A stretch of 45,001 nt of DNA from Promethearchaeota archaeon (GCA_004524535.1 SDNY01000011.1:1-45001); one strand, 5' to 3'. Shown: positions 1-9,179, counted from the stretch's first letter. Numbers and translations: made by a program. The notes: generated by a model from the letters alone, not told the origin.

Positions 1-2
1 AA

Positions 3-857
3 TATGAACTTGAATCCTCCTATACAGACAACATAGATTCGATAGGGCATAAGGAAGAAACTTTAAATAAAAAGATTGAATTAGATACTTCTTTAAATAA
101 GGAAGCCTTAGTTGATATTCCTATATCTGATCATATCGTGTTTGATGTAGATGATTTATTTTATTATGATACGAATAAAAAAGAAAGAAAAATAGCTGAG
201 CTAAGGGAAGCTGCTGAGGAATCAATTTATGAAGGCAATCTAGCATTTAAACAAAAAGATGCATTTATGGGTGTTCAAAAATATCGCGCAGGAATAGATA
301 AATATAAGAAACTCAACGATTACGATAGAATTCTTGAATTACTAAGAAATCTATCAGAAAATTGTATTGTAACAAATCATCAAATCTTAGCCGAAGAATT
401 TACTGAAGAATTATTTAAGATATCTGTTAAACAAGATCATTTATTTTATAGAGGTGAAGCAAATTATTTAATTGGATATTTGATGCTTAAGAAGGGAGAT
501 AATCAACTTCTTGAAGATGCATTAAAAAGAATCCAACAAGCTTCAATTGATTACGAAAAAGCGGGTGATTATGCTGGAGCAGGTGTTTGTTATAATAAAA
601 TCGGAACAATATATCAGTCAAGGTTAAATCAAATTTTTAATTCTGCTCTTTTTTATACACAAGCGATTAGAAGCCTTAATGAAGCAATCTTGAGAGGTCA
701 TCCTTTAAGAAAAGCTTTATGGGGTAAACCTGAATCGCTTTCTAAAAAAATTTTAGAAATAAAGGATATAGTAGAAGAATTAATTTCAAGAATTCAAAAT
801 CCAGATGATAGAGAAAAAATTAAAAATGACCTGAATTCCATAGAATTAAATTTTTAA
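3..857 (+). CDS. TPR-like helical repeat protein, 5'-truncated by the window edge
   Basis: The frame of ORF 138..857 stays open back to position 3 (YELESSYTDNIDSIG...). TPR-like helices: GEANYLIGYLMLKKG, AGVCYNKIGTIYQ, SALFYTQAIRSL. Confidence 0.6.
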   Translation, partial: YELESSYTDNIDSIGHKEETLNKKIELDTSLNKEALVDIPISDHIVFDVDDLFYYDTNKKERKIAELREAAEESIYEGNLAFKQKDAFMGVQKYRAGIDKYKKLNDYDRILELLRNLSENCIVTNHQILAEEFTEELFKISVKQDHLFYRGEANYLIGYLMLKKGDNQLLEDALKRIQQASIDYEKAGDYAGAGVCYNKIGTIYQSRLNQIFNSALFYTQAIRSLNEAILRGHPLRKALWGKPESLSKKILEIKDIVEELISRIQNPDDREKIKNDLNSIELNF

Positions 858-936
858 GTGATATCCTAATTTTTATTTGCTAAATCTCAATATCATAAAA
901 ATTAAATTTTAAGTTATATTATTTTAATTACTCTTT

Positions 937-1626
937 TTGGTGATAATTATTCCGCGAAGGAAACAAAAAATAAAATATTCTCGAAAAACAGCTTGTAAGC
1001 ATCTTGAGCCAAAAGGCGATATTTCTAATAGTCTTCAACCTTTATGTTATTGTCCTGAGAGAGAACTTATACTTGGGCCACGGGCTTATGTTTGTCAAGT
1101 ATGCTATTTATATGAACCTCATTCAAATGTAAATATGTCAGAAGTTTATGAAAAATCCAAAAAAATCGCAGAGAAAAAAATCAAGGAGGAATTAAAGGAA
1201 TTTGAGATTGAAGATGTGGAAATAGATGAGGATGTAGATTTATCCATTGACGAATTTGAAGAAGATGAAGATCAAATTCCTCTCAAATTTGAAAAAAGAA
1301 AAGCAGGAAAGGAAGCGTTAGAAGAAGGAGAAGATTTCGCAATTAGCTTGGAATGCCCTTTCTGTGGTGAACAATTCTCAAATCTCAGCAGCCACATCCA
1401 AGAATGCGAATTTGCCCCTGATGATGCAAGCTTAGAAGATATATTACCGTCTAAGCCTAAGAAGAAAAGAAAACGAGGTGTATCCAAAGCAAAAACCGGT
1501 AAAGCAAAAGAAGGAACTGAATCAACAGAAACAAAAAAATGTCCTTATTGTGGAAAGGAATTTATTAGGCTTGGTCGTCATTTAAATTCTTGCAAGAAAA
1601 AACCTAAAGACACTGAGAAAGAATAG
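937..1626 (+). CDS. Zinc-finger protein with an N-terminal Cys cluster, an acidic tract and two C2HC fingers
   Basis: CPFCGEQFSNLSSHIQEC and CPYCGKEFIRLGRHLNSC (both Cx2Cx9Hx3C). N-terminal CKH..CYC..CQVC. D/E-rich centre and a basic linker. Confidence 0.7.
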   Translation: MVIIIPRRKQKIKYSRKTACKHLEPKGDISNSLQPLCYCPERELILGPRAYVCQVCYLYEPHSNVNMSEVYEKSKKIAEKKIKEELKEFEIEDVEIDEDVDLSIDEFEEDEDQIPLKFEKRKAGKEALEEGEDFAISLECPFCGEQFSNLSSHIQECEFAPDDASLEDILPSKPKKKRKRGVSKAKTGKAKEGTESTETKKCPYCGKEFIRLGRHLNSCKKKPKDTEKE

Positions 1627-1689
1627 AATGAGAATTAAATTAACTTAAGATTTTTTCTATCTAAGTCTACAATTTTTAAAATAAAAATT

Positions 1690-2613
1690 ATGCCTCTTAA
1701 TGAAAAAATATATTATTGTCAACCCGTCTTTAGACCTCCCAGTGAAGCGTATTCTCTATTAATTCAACTTACAGAAGGTTGTACATTTAAATGCGATTTT
1801 TGCGTGTCAAATCTTCGAAAAAAATTTATTGTAAGAAAAAGTGATGATGTCAAACATGATATAAACATAGCAAAAAAAATCTACGGGCCAAATATAAGAA
1901 GAATTTTCTTTTTAGACGGAAATGCAATGGTTACTCCTACAGAAAAACTTATGGAGGTTATTAAATACGCAAACAAAATATTTCCTCACCTTGAAAGGTG
2001 TAGTGTTTATGCTCATGCTAAAGATATTTTAAAAAAAACTGATGAACAATTGATGCAATTGTCAGAAGCAGGACTTAAATTGGCTTATGTTGGATTCGAA
2101 TCTGGGTACGACGAACTCCTTAAATCGATAAATAAACATGCATTAAAAAAGGATTACATTGAGGCCTCGAAAAAATTGTTTGCAGCAAACATAACTTTAT
2201 CCGCAACACTTATTAGCGGTTTAGCAGGCGCTGACAATCCAGAACTCTCCAAAAAGCACGCACTAGAATCTGCCGATTTAATAACTAAAATTTGCCCTGA
2301 AGATGATCGAATTTGGTATATAGCTTTTTTAACTCTTATGATACCCCAGGGGACTGAAATTTTTAAAAGAAAGTCGAAAGGTGAATTTAAAGAGATGAAT
2401 TCTATTGAAATTTTACAAGAATTAAAATTATTCATTGAAAATATAGAATTTCAAAATAATAAAGCTAATTGTGTATTCAGAAGTAATCATGCTAGTAATT
2501 ATCTGCCGATAAAAGGAATTTTAGCTCGTGATAAGGATAAAATCATCTCAACAATAAATTATGGTTTAAAAAACCCTGAAATATTAAGACCCGCCTTTTA
2601 TAGAGGATTGTAG
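1690..2613 (+). CDS. Radical SAM protein
   Basis: CxxxCxxC motif (CTFKCDFC), N-terminal FRPPSEAYSL, FFLDGNA, YVGFESG and FRSNHASNY. Confidence 0.9.
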   Translation: MPLNEKIYYCQPVFRPPSEAYSLLIQLTEGCTFKCDFCVSNLRKKFIVRKSDDVKHDINIAKKIYGPNIRRIFFLDGNAMVTPTEKLMEVIKYANKIFPHLERCSVYAHAKDILKKTDEQLMQLSEAGLKLAYVGFESGYDELLKSINKHALKKDYIEASKKLFAANITLSATLISGLAGADNPELSKKHALESADLITKICPEDDRIWYIAFLTLMIPQGTEIFKRKSKGEFKEMNSIEILQELKLFIENIEFQNNKANCVFRSNHASNYLPIKGILARDKDKIISTINYGLKNPEILRPAFYRGL

Positions 2614-2717
2614 ACTCAAATATTTATCGAGTAATAATCATATCACACCTATGATGAAGGGAGTACAAATTATAAAAATCTGGTACATTTTTAAAAATTT
2701 AAAAATTATTATTCTTT

Positions 2718-3344
2718 ATGAGTTCTAAAATAACTTTAATTGTTGGTTCACCAAGAAAAAAGAGAAGCTGTAATTTTTTAATCGATAACGCAATAGAAGG
2801 AATAAAATCTGTATCTAATGAAATTACAATCAATAAAATTTTTATTACTGATTTTAAAATAACTCCATGTAATGGGTGTGATCAATGTTTAAGACCTCCT
2901 AACGATTGTCCTCTTGCAGAAAACGACGATACTAAAAAACTGGAAAATTCAATCTTGGATTCTGATGCTATTATAATAGCGGCACCTAATTATTTCGGTA
3001 GTGTATCCTCTCAAATAAAAGTTTTCATAGATCGTTCTAGACCGTGGAAGATGAAAAATTATTTATTAAAAGATATAATTTTAGCTCCAATGGCTTCAAC
3101 AGGTTTGCGAAATGCTGGTGAGGGGGTAATTTCAGATCTAATAAATTTTGCCCTTATTCAGGGTATGATCTGTGTTGGTAGTTTAGGAAATCCTGTTATT
3201 GAAGAAAATATAGCAATTACTACTCTCCAAAAATATAATTTAAAAGAATTTATAGGCAAAGAAGAAGTTGACTCGTTAGCTGGAAAAATCGCTTATAATC
3301 AAGGAAAAAGAGTAGCAGAATTACTTTTTAAAATAAAAAAATAG
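2718..3344 (+). CDS. Iron-sulfur flavoprotein / NADPH-dependent FMN reductase (flavodoxin family)
   Basis: GSPRK FMN loop, CNGCDQCLRPPNDC cluster motif, APNYFGSVSSQIKVFIDR. Confidence 0.88.
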   Translation: MSSKITLIVGSPRKKRSCNFLIDNAIEGIKSVSNEITINKIFITDFKITPCNGCDQCLRPPNDCPLAENDDTKKLENSILDSDAIIIAAPNYFGSVSSQIKVFIDRSRPWKMKNYLLKDIILAPMASTGLRNAGEGVISDLINFALIQGMICVGSLGNPVIEENIAITTLQKYNLKEFIGKEEVDSLAGKIAYNQGKRVAELLFKIKK

Positions 3345-3410
3345 AAATTTAAAATAATATTTTTATTAACTATTTATTATATCGTTTAGGCATAACTCTT
3401 AAGATTCTTA

Positions 3411-4415
3411 TTATTTTAGCTCAATATCTTCTGGGATTTCTTCTTTTTCTTCTTTTTTGTCTATCTCTGGCTTAGGTTCTTCCGAGATTTCTTTTTTCTT
3501 TTTCTTTTTCTTTTTGGCTATCTTTAGCTTAGCTTCTTCCAAAACTTCTTCTTTCTTTTTATCTTTGTTGATTTCTCCTTCAAGCTCTTCCTTAATTTCT
3601 CCTATCTCTTTTTTTTTGGCGATCTTTGGTTTAGGTTCTTTCGAGATTTTCTTTTTCTTTTTATCGATCTTTGGCTCAGGCTCCTCTGAAATTTCTTCTT
3701 TCTTTTTCTTTTTGTCGCTCTTTGGTTTAGGTTCTTTCGAGATTTTTTTTTTCTTTTTCTTTTTTTCGATCTTTGGCTCAGGCTCCTCTGAAATTTCTTC
3801 TTTCTTTTTCTTTTTGTCGATTTTTGGTTTAGGTTCTTTCGAGATTTTCTTTTTCTTTTTATCGATCTTTGGTTTAGGTTTTTCCTTAATTATTTCTGGC
3901 TCTTTTTTTTTGTCGATCTTTGGTTTAGATTTTTCCGAAATTTTTTCTGACTCTTTTCTTTTGGAGATCTCTTGCTTAAGCTCATCCATCATTTCTTCTG
4001 AATCTGTTTTTTTTTCGATCTTTAGCTCAGGCTCCTCTGAAATTTCTTCTTTCTCTTTCTTTTTGTCGATTTTTGGTTTAGGTTCTTTCGAGATTTTCTT
4101 TTTCTTTTTATCAATCTTTGGTTTAGGTTTTTCCTTAATTATTACTGGCTCTTTTTCTTTGTCGATCTCTGAGATGTACTTTTCTCCAGGCCATTTACAA
4201 TTAATAATAACACCAGCTACAATTAAAGCAACAAAAATTATAATATATATCATCAAATTATCATTTGGAAAGAATTTCAGTAAAAAATCGATCCATATTA
4301 CCATAAACTGACCTATTGGATAAACAATTGGTTTAAAAACTGACAAGAGCCATGCCATTACATCAGCAATAAATTGCCAAATTGGGCTTCTTTCAAAAGT
4401 TTCTTGAAAAATCAT
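3411..4415 (-). CDS. Membrane-anchored Lys/Glu/Pro-rich repeat protein
   Basis: Hydrophobic N-terminus with a TM segment (LMIYIIIFVALIVAGVII), followed by repeats ISKEPKPKIDKKKK / ISEEPEPKIxKKKK. Abuts the upstream gene. Confidence 0.75.
   Translation of the reverse strand: MIFQETFERSPIWQFIADVMAWLLSVFKPIVYPIGQFMVIWIDFLLKFFPNDNLMIYIIIFVALIVAGVIINCKWPGEKYISEIDKEKEPVIIKEKPKPKIDKKKKKISKEPKPKIDKKKEKEEISEEPELKIEKKTDSEEMMDELKQEISKRKESEKISEKSKPKIDKKKEPEIIKEKPKPKIDKKKKKISKEPKPKIDKKKKKEEISEEPEPKIEKKKKKKKISKEPKPKSDKKKKKEEISEEPEPKIDKKKKKISKEPKPKIAKKKEIGEIKEELEGEINKDKKKEEVLEEAKLKIAKKKKKKKKEISEEPKPEIDKKEEKEEIPEDIELK
3440..4165 (-). repeat. Coding mosaic tandem repeats (units of about 45-57 nt), including a duplication with 249-nt offset
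   Basis: Recurrent TTTGGTTTAGGTTCTTTCGAGATTTT and GCTCAGGCTCCTCTGAAATTTCTTC. GGTTTAGGTTTTTCCTTAAT occurs at 3871 and 4120. Confidence 0.85.
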
Positions 4416-4934
4416 CTATTTTTGACCTCTCTCAAATTTAATTTTATCTCTATTGATAATAAAATCAATTAAATCATATGCCTTCAGGATCACAGTTAGA
4501 AAATAAATCCCTATATATGTTAGAATCAGTTGTTGTAAATTGATTTCTACAATTCCGAGATCTACTATTATTACTTCGATTTCAAGGGCTCCAGAAAATT
4601 TATATGACCATAAATAAAATAAATTTAAAATTATCTGTATCAGAGAAAAAATCCCTCTCCTTATTGATTGAGCTGGTGCAGAATATCCAAAAAATGCGGT
4701 TCCACTAATAAGTAAACCAAATGCGATTACAAAGAACAATATCTGAGCATACTGTTCTTCATACAATTCCAAGTCTAAACCCTCAACCTCTAACCTCATT
4801 ATCCAACTAAATGTCATAAAGGGAATTATAATTGTTATAAGAATGTATATCCCTGCGAATATTGCGCCACGAACCATGTTTTTAATACGCGCATTTTCCA
4901 TTTTCTTTTTAATTTTTTCTTTCATCACACTCAT
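4416..4934 (-). CDS. Hypothetical integral membrane protein (about 4 TM)
   Basis: Four hydrophobic segments. Overlaps the upstream gene by 4 nt and abuts the downstream gene. Confidence 0.75.
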   Translation of the reverse strand: MSVMKEKIKKKMENARIKNMVRGAIFAGIYILITIIIPFMTFSWIMRLEVEGLDLELYEEQYAQILFFVIAFGLLISGTAFFGYSAPAQSIRRGIFSLIQIILNLFYLWSYKFSGALEIEVIIVDLGIVEINLQQLILTYIGIYFLTVILKAYDLIDFIINRDKIKFERGQK

Positions 4935-5515
4935 TCAAGTTCACCTTGTTCTAGTTTGGCTACTGAATATTTTTCAATCTCTACTCTAAATTCAATTAAA
5001 CTTAAAGAATACTTTCCAGTAATTATGATATCTCTAGCAATAATTTCCACAATTGGTTCATTGTCAGGAGGATTTTTATCATAATTATAACGAATATCTG
5101 TTACATTACATAGTACATCGCTTCTTACTATCTTAAAGTTGTCTCGTAATGTTAGACCGCTCTCACAATCTCCAAAATCTTCCTCTCCTTCGTAGGCCTT
5201 TATCTCGCGGCGAACGCTTTTCCCTGGGAGATAATCCTCATGATAATATCTGACATATACTTCTAACTCAAGTTCAAGATCTTCTAGGTCAAAATATCCT
5301 ACATTTTTAAATTTAAATTCAACCCTAAACTCCAGGGTTGTATCATTTACATCTAATATACGCCCCTTATAACTGTAATCAAAATCTATGTTGTCCTCAT
5401 CAGATAATATTAATACAGCTGAATATCCCCCAAGAAACGAAACTAACGACATTGTTGATGCTAATATCAAAAGCAATAATCTTGCAATCGACCTAATCAA
5501 TCGCGCTGTTCTCAT
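4931..5515 (-). CDS. Single-pass membrane protein with a beta-rich (LEA_2/Ig-like) domain
   Basis: N-terminal hydrophobic helix, then FRVEFKFKNVGYFDLEDLELELEVY alternating strands. First gene of a three-gene operon. Confidence 0.65.
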   Translation of the reverse strand: MRTARLIRSIARLLLLILASTMSLVSFLGGYSAVLILSDEDNIDFDYSYKGRILDVNDTTLEFRVEFKFKNVGYFDLEDLELELEVYVRYYHEDYLPGKSVRREIKAYEGEEDFGDCESGLTLRDNFKIVRSDVLCNVTDIRYNYDKNPPDNEPIVEIIARDIIITGKYSLSLIEFRVEIEKYSVAKLEQGELE

Positions 5516-5678
5516 ATAATTTCGACCTTCTTCAACGTAATTATTTTTTTTCGTTTAGATTTTTAGATAAATAAGTTTTACTTTAATATCTTCAAAATTA
5601 TTTATAAAACTTTTGCAAATTTTTTAAAAACAAATCATCTTTTTAGTATATTTTAAGTATATGGGACGGCCACATCCG

Positions 5679-5721
5679 TAAATCACTTATCTTCGATCAT
5701 TTTTAAGATAAGTTCATTTTT
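5679..5721 (-). promoter_or_regulatory. Eukaryote-type SECIS element in the 3' UTR
   Basis: Minus strand reads A-UGAA-CUUAUCUU-AAAAAUGAUCG-AAGAUAAG-UGAU: AUGA core at 5717-5714, perfect 8-bp stem (5712-5705 / 5693-5686), unpaired As at the 5' side of the loop, 3' UGAU at 5685-5682. It follows an ORF with an in-frame UGA. Confidence 0.8.
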
Positions 5722-6099
5722 TTAACCATATACATTGTTTTCTTTTTTAATAAACAATAATCCGATTTTTTCACTAGTTTTAGTCTCAGCAATATATGCA
5801 TCAATTACAATACGATTCTTCTTTTTCAATTCATTTATCTCATTTTTTTCAATGTATACTTGCAAATTAGCACCGACAGATGAAATACTATCAAATTCTG
5901 TCCATTTAATAAATTCCTCTTTATCATCGAGAATTTTATGCAATTCTACCAATTCAATAGCATTGCCACAAAAAGCCATAGTTCATGAATCTGATGAATA
6001 ATAAAATATAGCAACAACAAGCTTATCTAAATCAGATTTAATGTTTTCATTTTTTTCGGAGATATAATCTAATGCAGTTTGAGTGAATGATACTTTAAA
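5722..6099 (-). CDS. Putative selenoprotein (about 125 aa, Sec39, UxxxxC; possibly HesB/IscA-like fold)
   Basis: The frame of ORF 5722..5979 continues through TGA (5985-5983) to 6102: (F)KVSFTQTALDYISEKNENIKSDLDKLVVAIFYYSSDS-U-TMAFCGNAIELV...LQVYIEK. SD-like AGGTGAT at 6111-6105 and SECIS downstream. No canonical start codon (TTT at the expected position). Confidence 0.7.
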
Positions 6100-6104
6100 A
6101 TTTT

Positions 6105-6111
6105 ATCACCT
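6105..6111 (-). promoter_or_regulatory. Shine-Dalgarno-like AGGTGAT for the putative selenoprotein
   Basis: Complementary to the archaeal 16S 3' AUCACCU. GGTGA lies 6 nt before codon 6099, the same spacing as GGTGA-to-ATG at 27221 and 28451. Confidence 0.55.
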
Positions 6112-6341
6112 ATTTTATTTTTTTTGATTTTCTATAATAAATAAGAGTAATATATTAAACTAAAATATTTAGGTTCTATTTTTAAATTGCTAATTTTTAA
6201 GAATCTTAATAAAATTAAGGGAAATTATGACGTACATAAAAATATTTAAGAAATAAATTTTTATTGAACTTATATTTTTTCTGACTAACAGAAAATGTTA
6301 ATATTTTTTTAAAAAATCTATATAAAAAAAAAGATAATTGA

Positions 6342-9179
6342 ATGATTATGGAAGAAATCAATGCACACGCGATTAATGTCGAGGAAGTAATAAAAAAATT
6401 AGCTACTTCAATTGAAACTGGTTTAACCGAGAAAGAGGCTTTAAAAAGAATCGAGATTTATGGAAAAAATGAAATTATTAAAGAAAAAGGGAAAACAGCT
6501 TTACAAATCTTCATTGGTCAATTTAAAGATTTCCTTATATACCTTTTATTTTTAGCAATTGCAATATCTATTATTATTGGATTATATGAAGCATCAAGAC
6601 CTGGTGCTGAACCTTGGTCTACTGAATATACAGATGCGATTGTAATTGCAGCAATTTTGATAATCAATGCAATACTAGGGTTCTATCAAGAATATTCAGC
6701 TGAGAAATCCTTAGAGAGTCTTATGAAAATGGCTCCTCATTTCGCAAGAGTAAGAAGAGAGGGAAAAGTTGAACAAATTGGAGCAGAAAACCTTGTTCCA
6801 GGAGATATTATTTTAGTAGAAGAAGGTGATAAATTTCCCGCAGATATAAGATTTTATAAAGAGTTTTCATTATATGCTGATGAGGCACTATTAACAGGAG
6901 AGTCTAAACCGGTTAAGAAAACATTAAAACCCGTTGATTTAGAATTAATATTAGCAGATAGAACCAATCTAGGGTACATGGATACAATTATAACGAGAGG
7001 AAATGGAGAGGGAATAGTAATAGGGACGGGTATGAACACTGAAATCGGAAAAATTGCCGGAAGCTTACAATCAGAAGAACTTGAGCCAAGCCCATTTCAA
7101 AAGGAAGTAGATCGATTTGGAAAATTACTTGGAATCCTAATAATGATAATTTGTATCGCTGTTTTTGCTATTGAATTAGTATTAGTTATTTTTTTTGGAG
7201 AATTTGGGATTCAAGAGGATGATTTAGATGAAATTATTCATGCATTTGAAATTTCAATAAGCTTGGCAGTTTCTGCTGTGCCTGAAGGACTTGTTGTCGT
7301 TATTACGGTAGTGATGAGCATAGGAATGCGAAAAATGGCAGATCGAAATGCGTTAGTAAGAAAATTAACTGCCGTAGAAACGTTAGGAAGAGTAAATGTA
7401 ATTTGCTCAGATAAAACGGGAACATTAACAAAGAACGAAATGACTGTAGTTAAGATGTTCTTAAATAATAAGGTTCTAGATGTAGAAGGTGTTGGATACA
7501 ATATAAAAGGAAATATTCTGGAAGAGGGAAAAACAATGGCTTTGAATCCAGATCTCAAAAAATTTTTAGAGATCTGCCTTCTTTGTAATAATTCTAACGT
7601 AAACATCTTAAATCAAGAAACTGGAGAAACATCAGTAGTTGGTGATCCAACGGAAATTTCCATGAAAGTATTGGCTTTAAAAGGTAAAATTGATCCAACA
7701 TTTGATAAAACCGATGAAATTCCTTTCAATTCTGACAGAAAAATGATGACATCAATTGGAAAACGCGAGGGAAAAATAATTGCCTATATTAAAGGTGCTC
7801 CAGATGTTATCATGAGGAAAGCATCTAAAGTATTATTAAATGGTCAAGAGAAGCCAATGGGCGAGATGAAGGATAAAATCTTAAAACAGAATGATGAGTT
7901 TGCCGCAAATGCATTACGAGTTTTAGGCGTTGCGTATAAAGAACTACAAACAGGATTTAATATTGATACGGTTGAACAAGATTACACATATGTAGGTTTA
8001 GTCGGAATAATAGATCCTGCTCGAGATGAAGTAAAAGATGCTATTGCAGAAGCAAAAATGGCGGGTATCAGAACAATTATGATTACAGGTGATCATAAAG
8101 TTACAGCTTTAGCGATTGGGAAACAAATCGGTCTAACAGAATCAGATGAAGTTATTACTGGAATAGATTTGGAGAAAATGACAGACGAAGAGTTGCGGGA
8201 AAAAGTTCAAACAGTAGATATTTACGCTCGTGTTACTTCCGAACATAAACAGCGAATATTAAAACGTTTGAAAGACTTAGATAAAATCGTTGCTATGACA
8301 GGAGATGGCGTAAACGATGCTCCCGCAGTAAAACGCGCTCATGTTGGTATTGCTATGGGCATAACAGGCACAGAAGTCACTCAAGAAGCATCAGAAATGA
8401 TTTTGATTGATGATAATTATTCCACCATTGTAAATGCGGTAGAAGAAGGGAGAGGTATATTTGAAACAACTAAAGGTTTTTTTCGATTCATGCTTAGCAC
8501 AAATTTCGACGAAATTTTTATGATTTTAGTAGCATATATCGTAATGAAGTTCTTTGTTAATGTCTTTCTAGCCTTACCAGTAACACCTATACAAATACTA
8601 TGGCTTAACATTGCAACAGACGGCATACCCGCTATGGTCCTTGGTTTAACACCCACAGATCCAGATGTTATGAAAGATAAACCTCGTGAGGGATTTACGC
8701 TTTTACCAGAGATAAAAGGACCTGTGTTGTTCCTTGGAATTTATACATCTATAACAGATATCCTTCTTTATTTAGCTCTCTGGACATGGCTAATCCCTCT
8801 ATGGAGCACAACTAATCCAATGTTAGCTGGATATACAACTGTTGGTTCGGATGCCCGCTTATATGCTATTAAACTGACACAGACAATTATTTTTACCAAT
8901 CTAGTTATTTGCGAGTTGATGTTCGTTTTCACCTGCACTAGTAACATTAAACCATTCTGGTTATTTCCAAATAAGCATTTATTTTGGGCTACTGGGTTAT
9001 CTTTTGCGCTCCAACTTTTAATCCTTTACACTCCATTAGGATTAGTTTTTGGAGTCGTACCCCTAACTCAATGGTATCACTGGTTTGTAGTGTTTCTGGG
9101 AGCATTCAGCGTCTCGTTATTTGATGAGATTAGAAAATATTTACTTAGAAGAAAAAGAAGATTAGGATTAGAAACTTGA
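6342..9179 (+). CDS. Cation-translocating P-type ATPase (type IIA, Ca2+-ATPase-like)
   Basis: TGES, VPEGL, DKTGTLT, KGAPD, MITGD, TGDGVNDAP and QILWLNIATDG motifs. Confidence 0.95.
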   Translation: MIMEEINAHAINVEEVIKKLATSIETGLTEKEALKRIEIYGKNEIIKEKGKTALQIFIGQFKDFLIYLLFLAIAISIIIGLYEASRPGAEPWSTEYTDAIVIAAILIINAILGFYQEYSAEKSLESLMKMAPHFARVRREGKVEQIGAENLVPGDIILVEEGDKFPADIRFYKEFSLYADEALLTGESKPVKKTLKPVDLELILADRTNLGYMDTIITRGNGEGIVIGTGMNTEIGKIAGSLQSEELEPSPFQKEVDRFGKLLGILIMIICIAVFAIELVLVIFFGEFGIQEDDLDEIIHAFEISISLAVSAVPEGLVVVITVVMSIGMRKMADRNALVRKLTAVETLGRVNVICSDKTGTLTKNEMTVVKMFLNNKVLDVEGVGYNIKGNILEEGKTMALNPDLKKFLEICLLCNNSNVNILNQETGETSVVGDPTEISMKVLALKGKIDPTFDKTDEIPFNSDRKMMTSIGKREGKIIAYIKGAPDVIMRKASKVLLNGQEKPMGEMKDKILKQNDEFAANALRVLGVAYKELQTGFNIDTVEQDYTYVGLVGIIDPARDEVKDAIAEAKMAGIRTIMITGDHKVTALAIGKQIGLTESDEVITGIDLEKMTDEELREKVQTVDIYARVTSEHKQRILKRLKDLDKIVAMTGDGVNDAPAVKRAHVGIAMGITGTEVTQEASEMILIDDNYSTIVNAVEEGRGIFETTKGFFRFMLSTNFDEIFMILVAYIVMKFFVNVFLALPVTPIQILWLNIATDGIPAMVLGLTPTDPDVMKDKPREGFTLLPEIKGPVLFLGIYTSITDILLYLALWTWLIPLWSTTNPMLAGYTTVGSDARLYAIKLTQTIIFTNLVICELMFVFTCTSNIKPFWLFPNKHLFWATGLSFALQLLILYTPLGLVFGVVPLTQWYHWFVVFLGAFSVSLFDEIRKYLLRRKRRLGLET

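Noticed and set aside
2651-2685. ATGATGA resembling a C/D-box sRNA C box or a SECIS core
   Set aside because: No CTGA D box, no supporting stem, and the upstream gene has no in-frame UGA.
3457-4311. 284-aa F/S-rich ORF on the + strand
   Set aside because: Antisense shadow of the K/E-rich repeat gene; the minus-strand gene fits the operon.
5735-6001. 88-aa + strand ORF opposite the selenoprotein candidate
   Set aside because: F/S/I-rich antisense composition; the minus strand has SD, SECIS and a more plausible protein.
6854-8656. Short antisense ORFs inside the P-type ATPase (and similar ones inside other long genes)
   Set aside because: Fully nested opposite well-supported genes, with no recognisable motifs.
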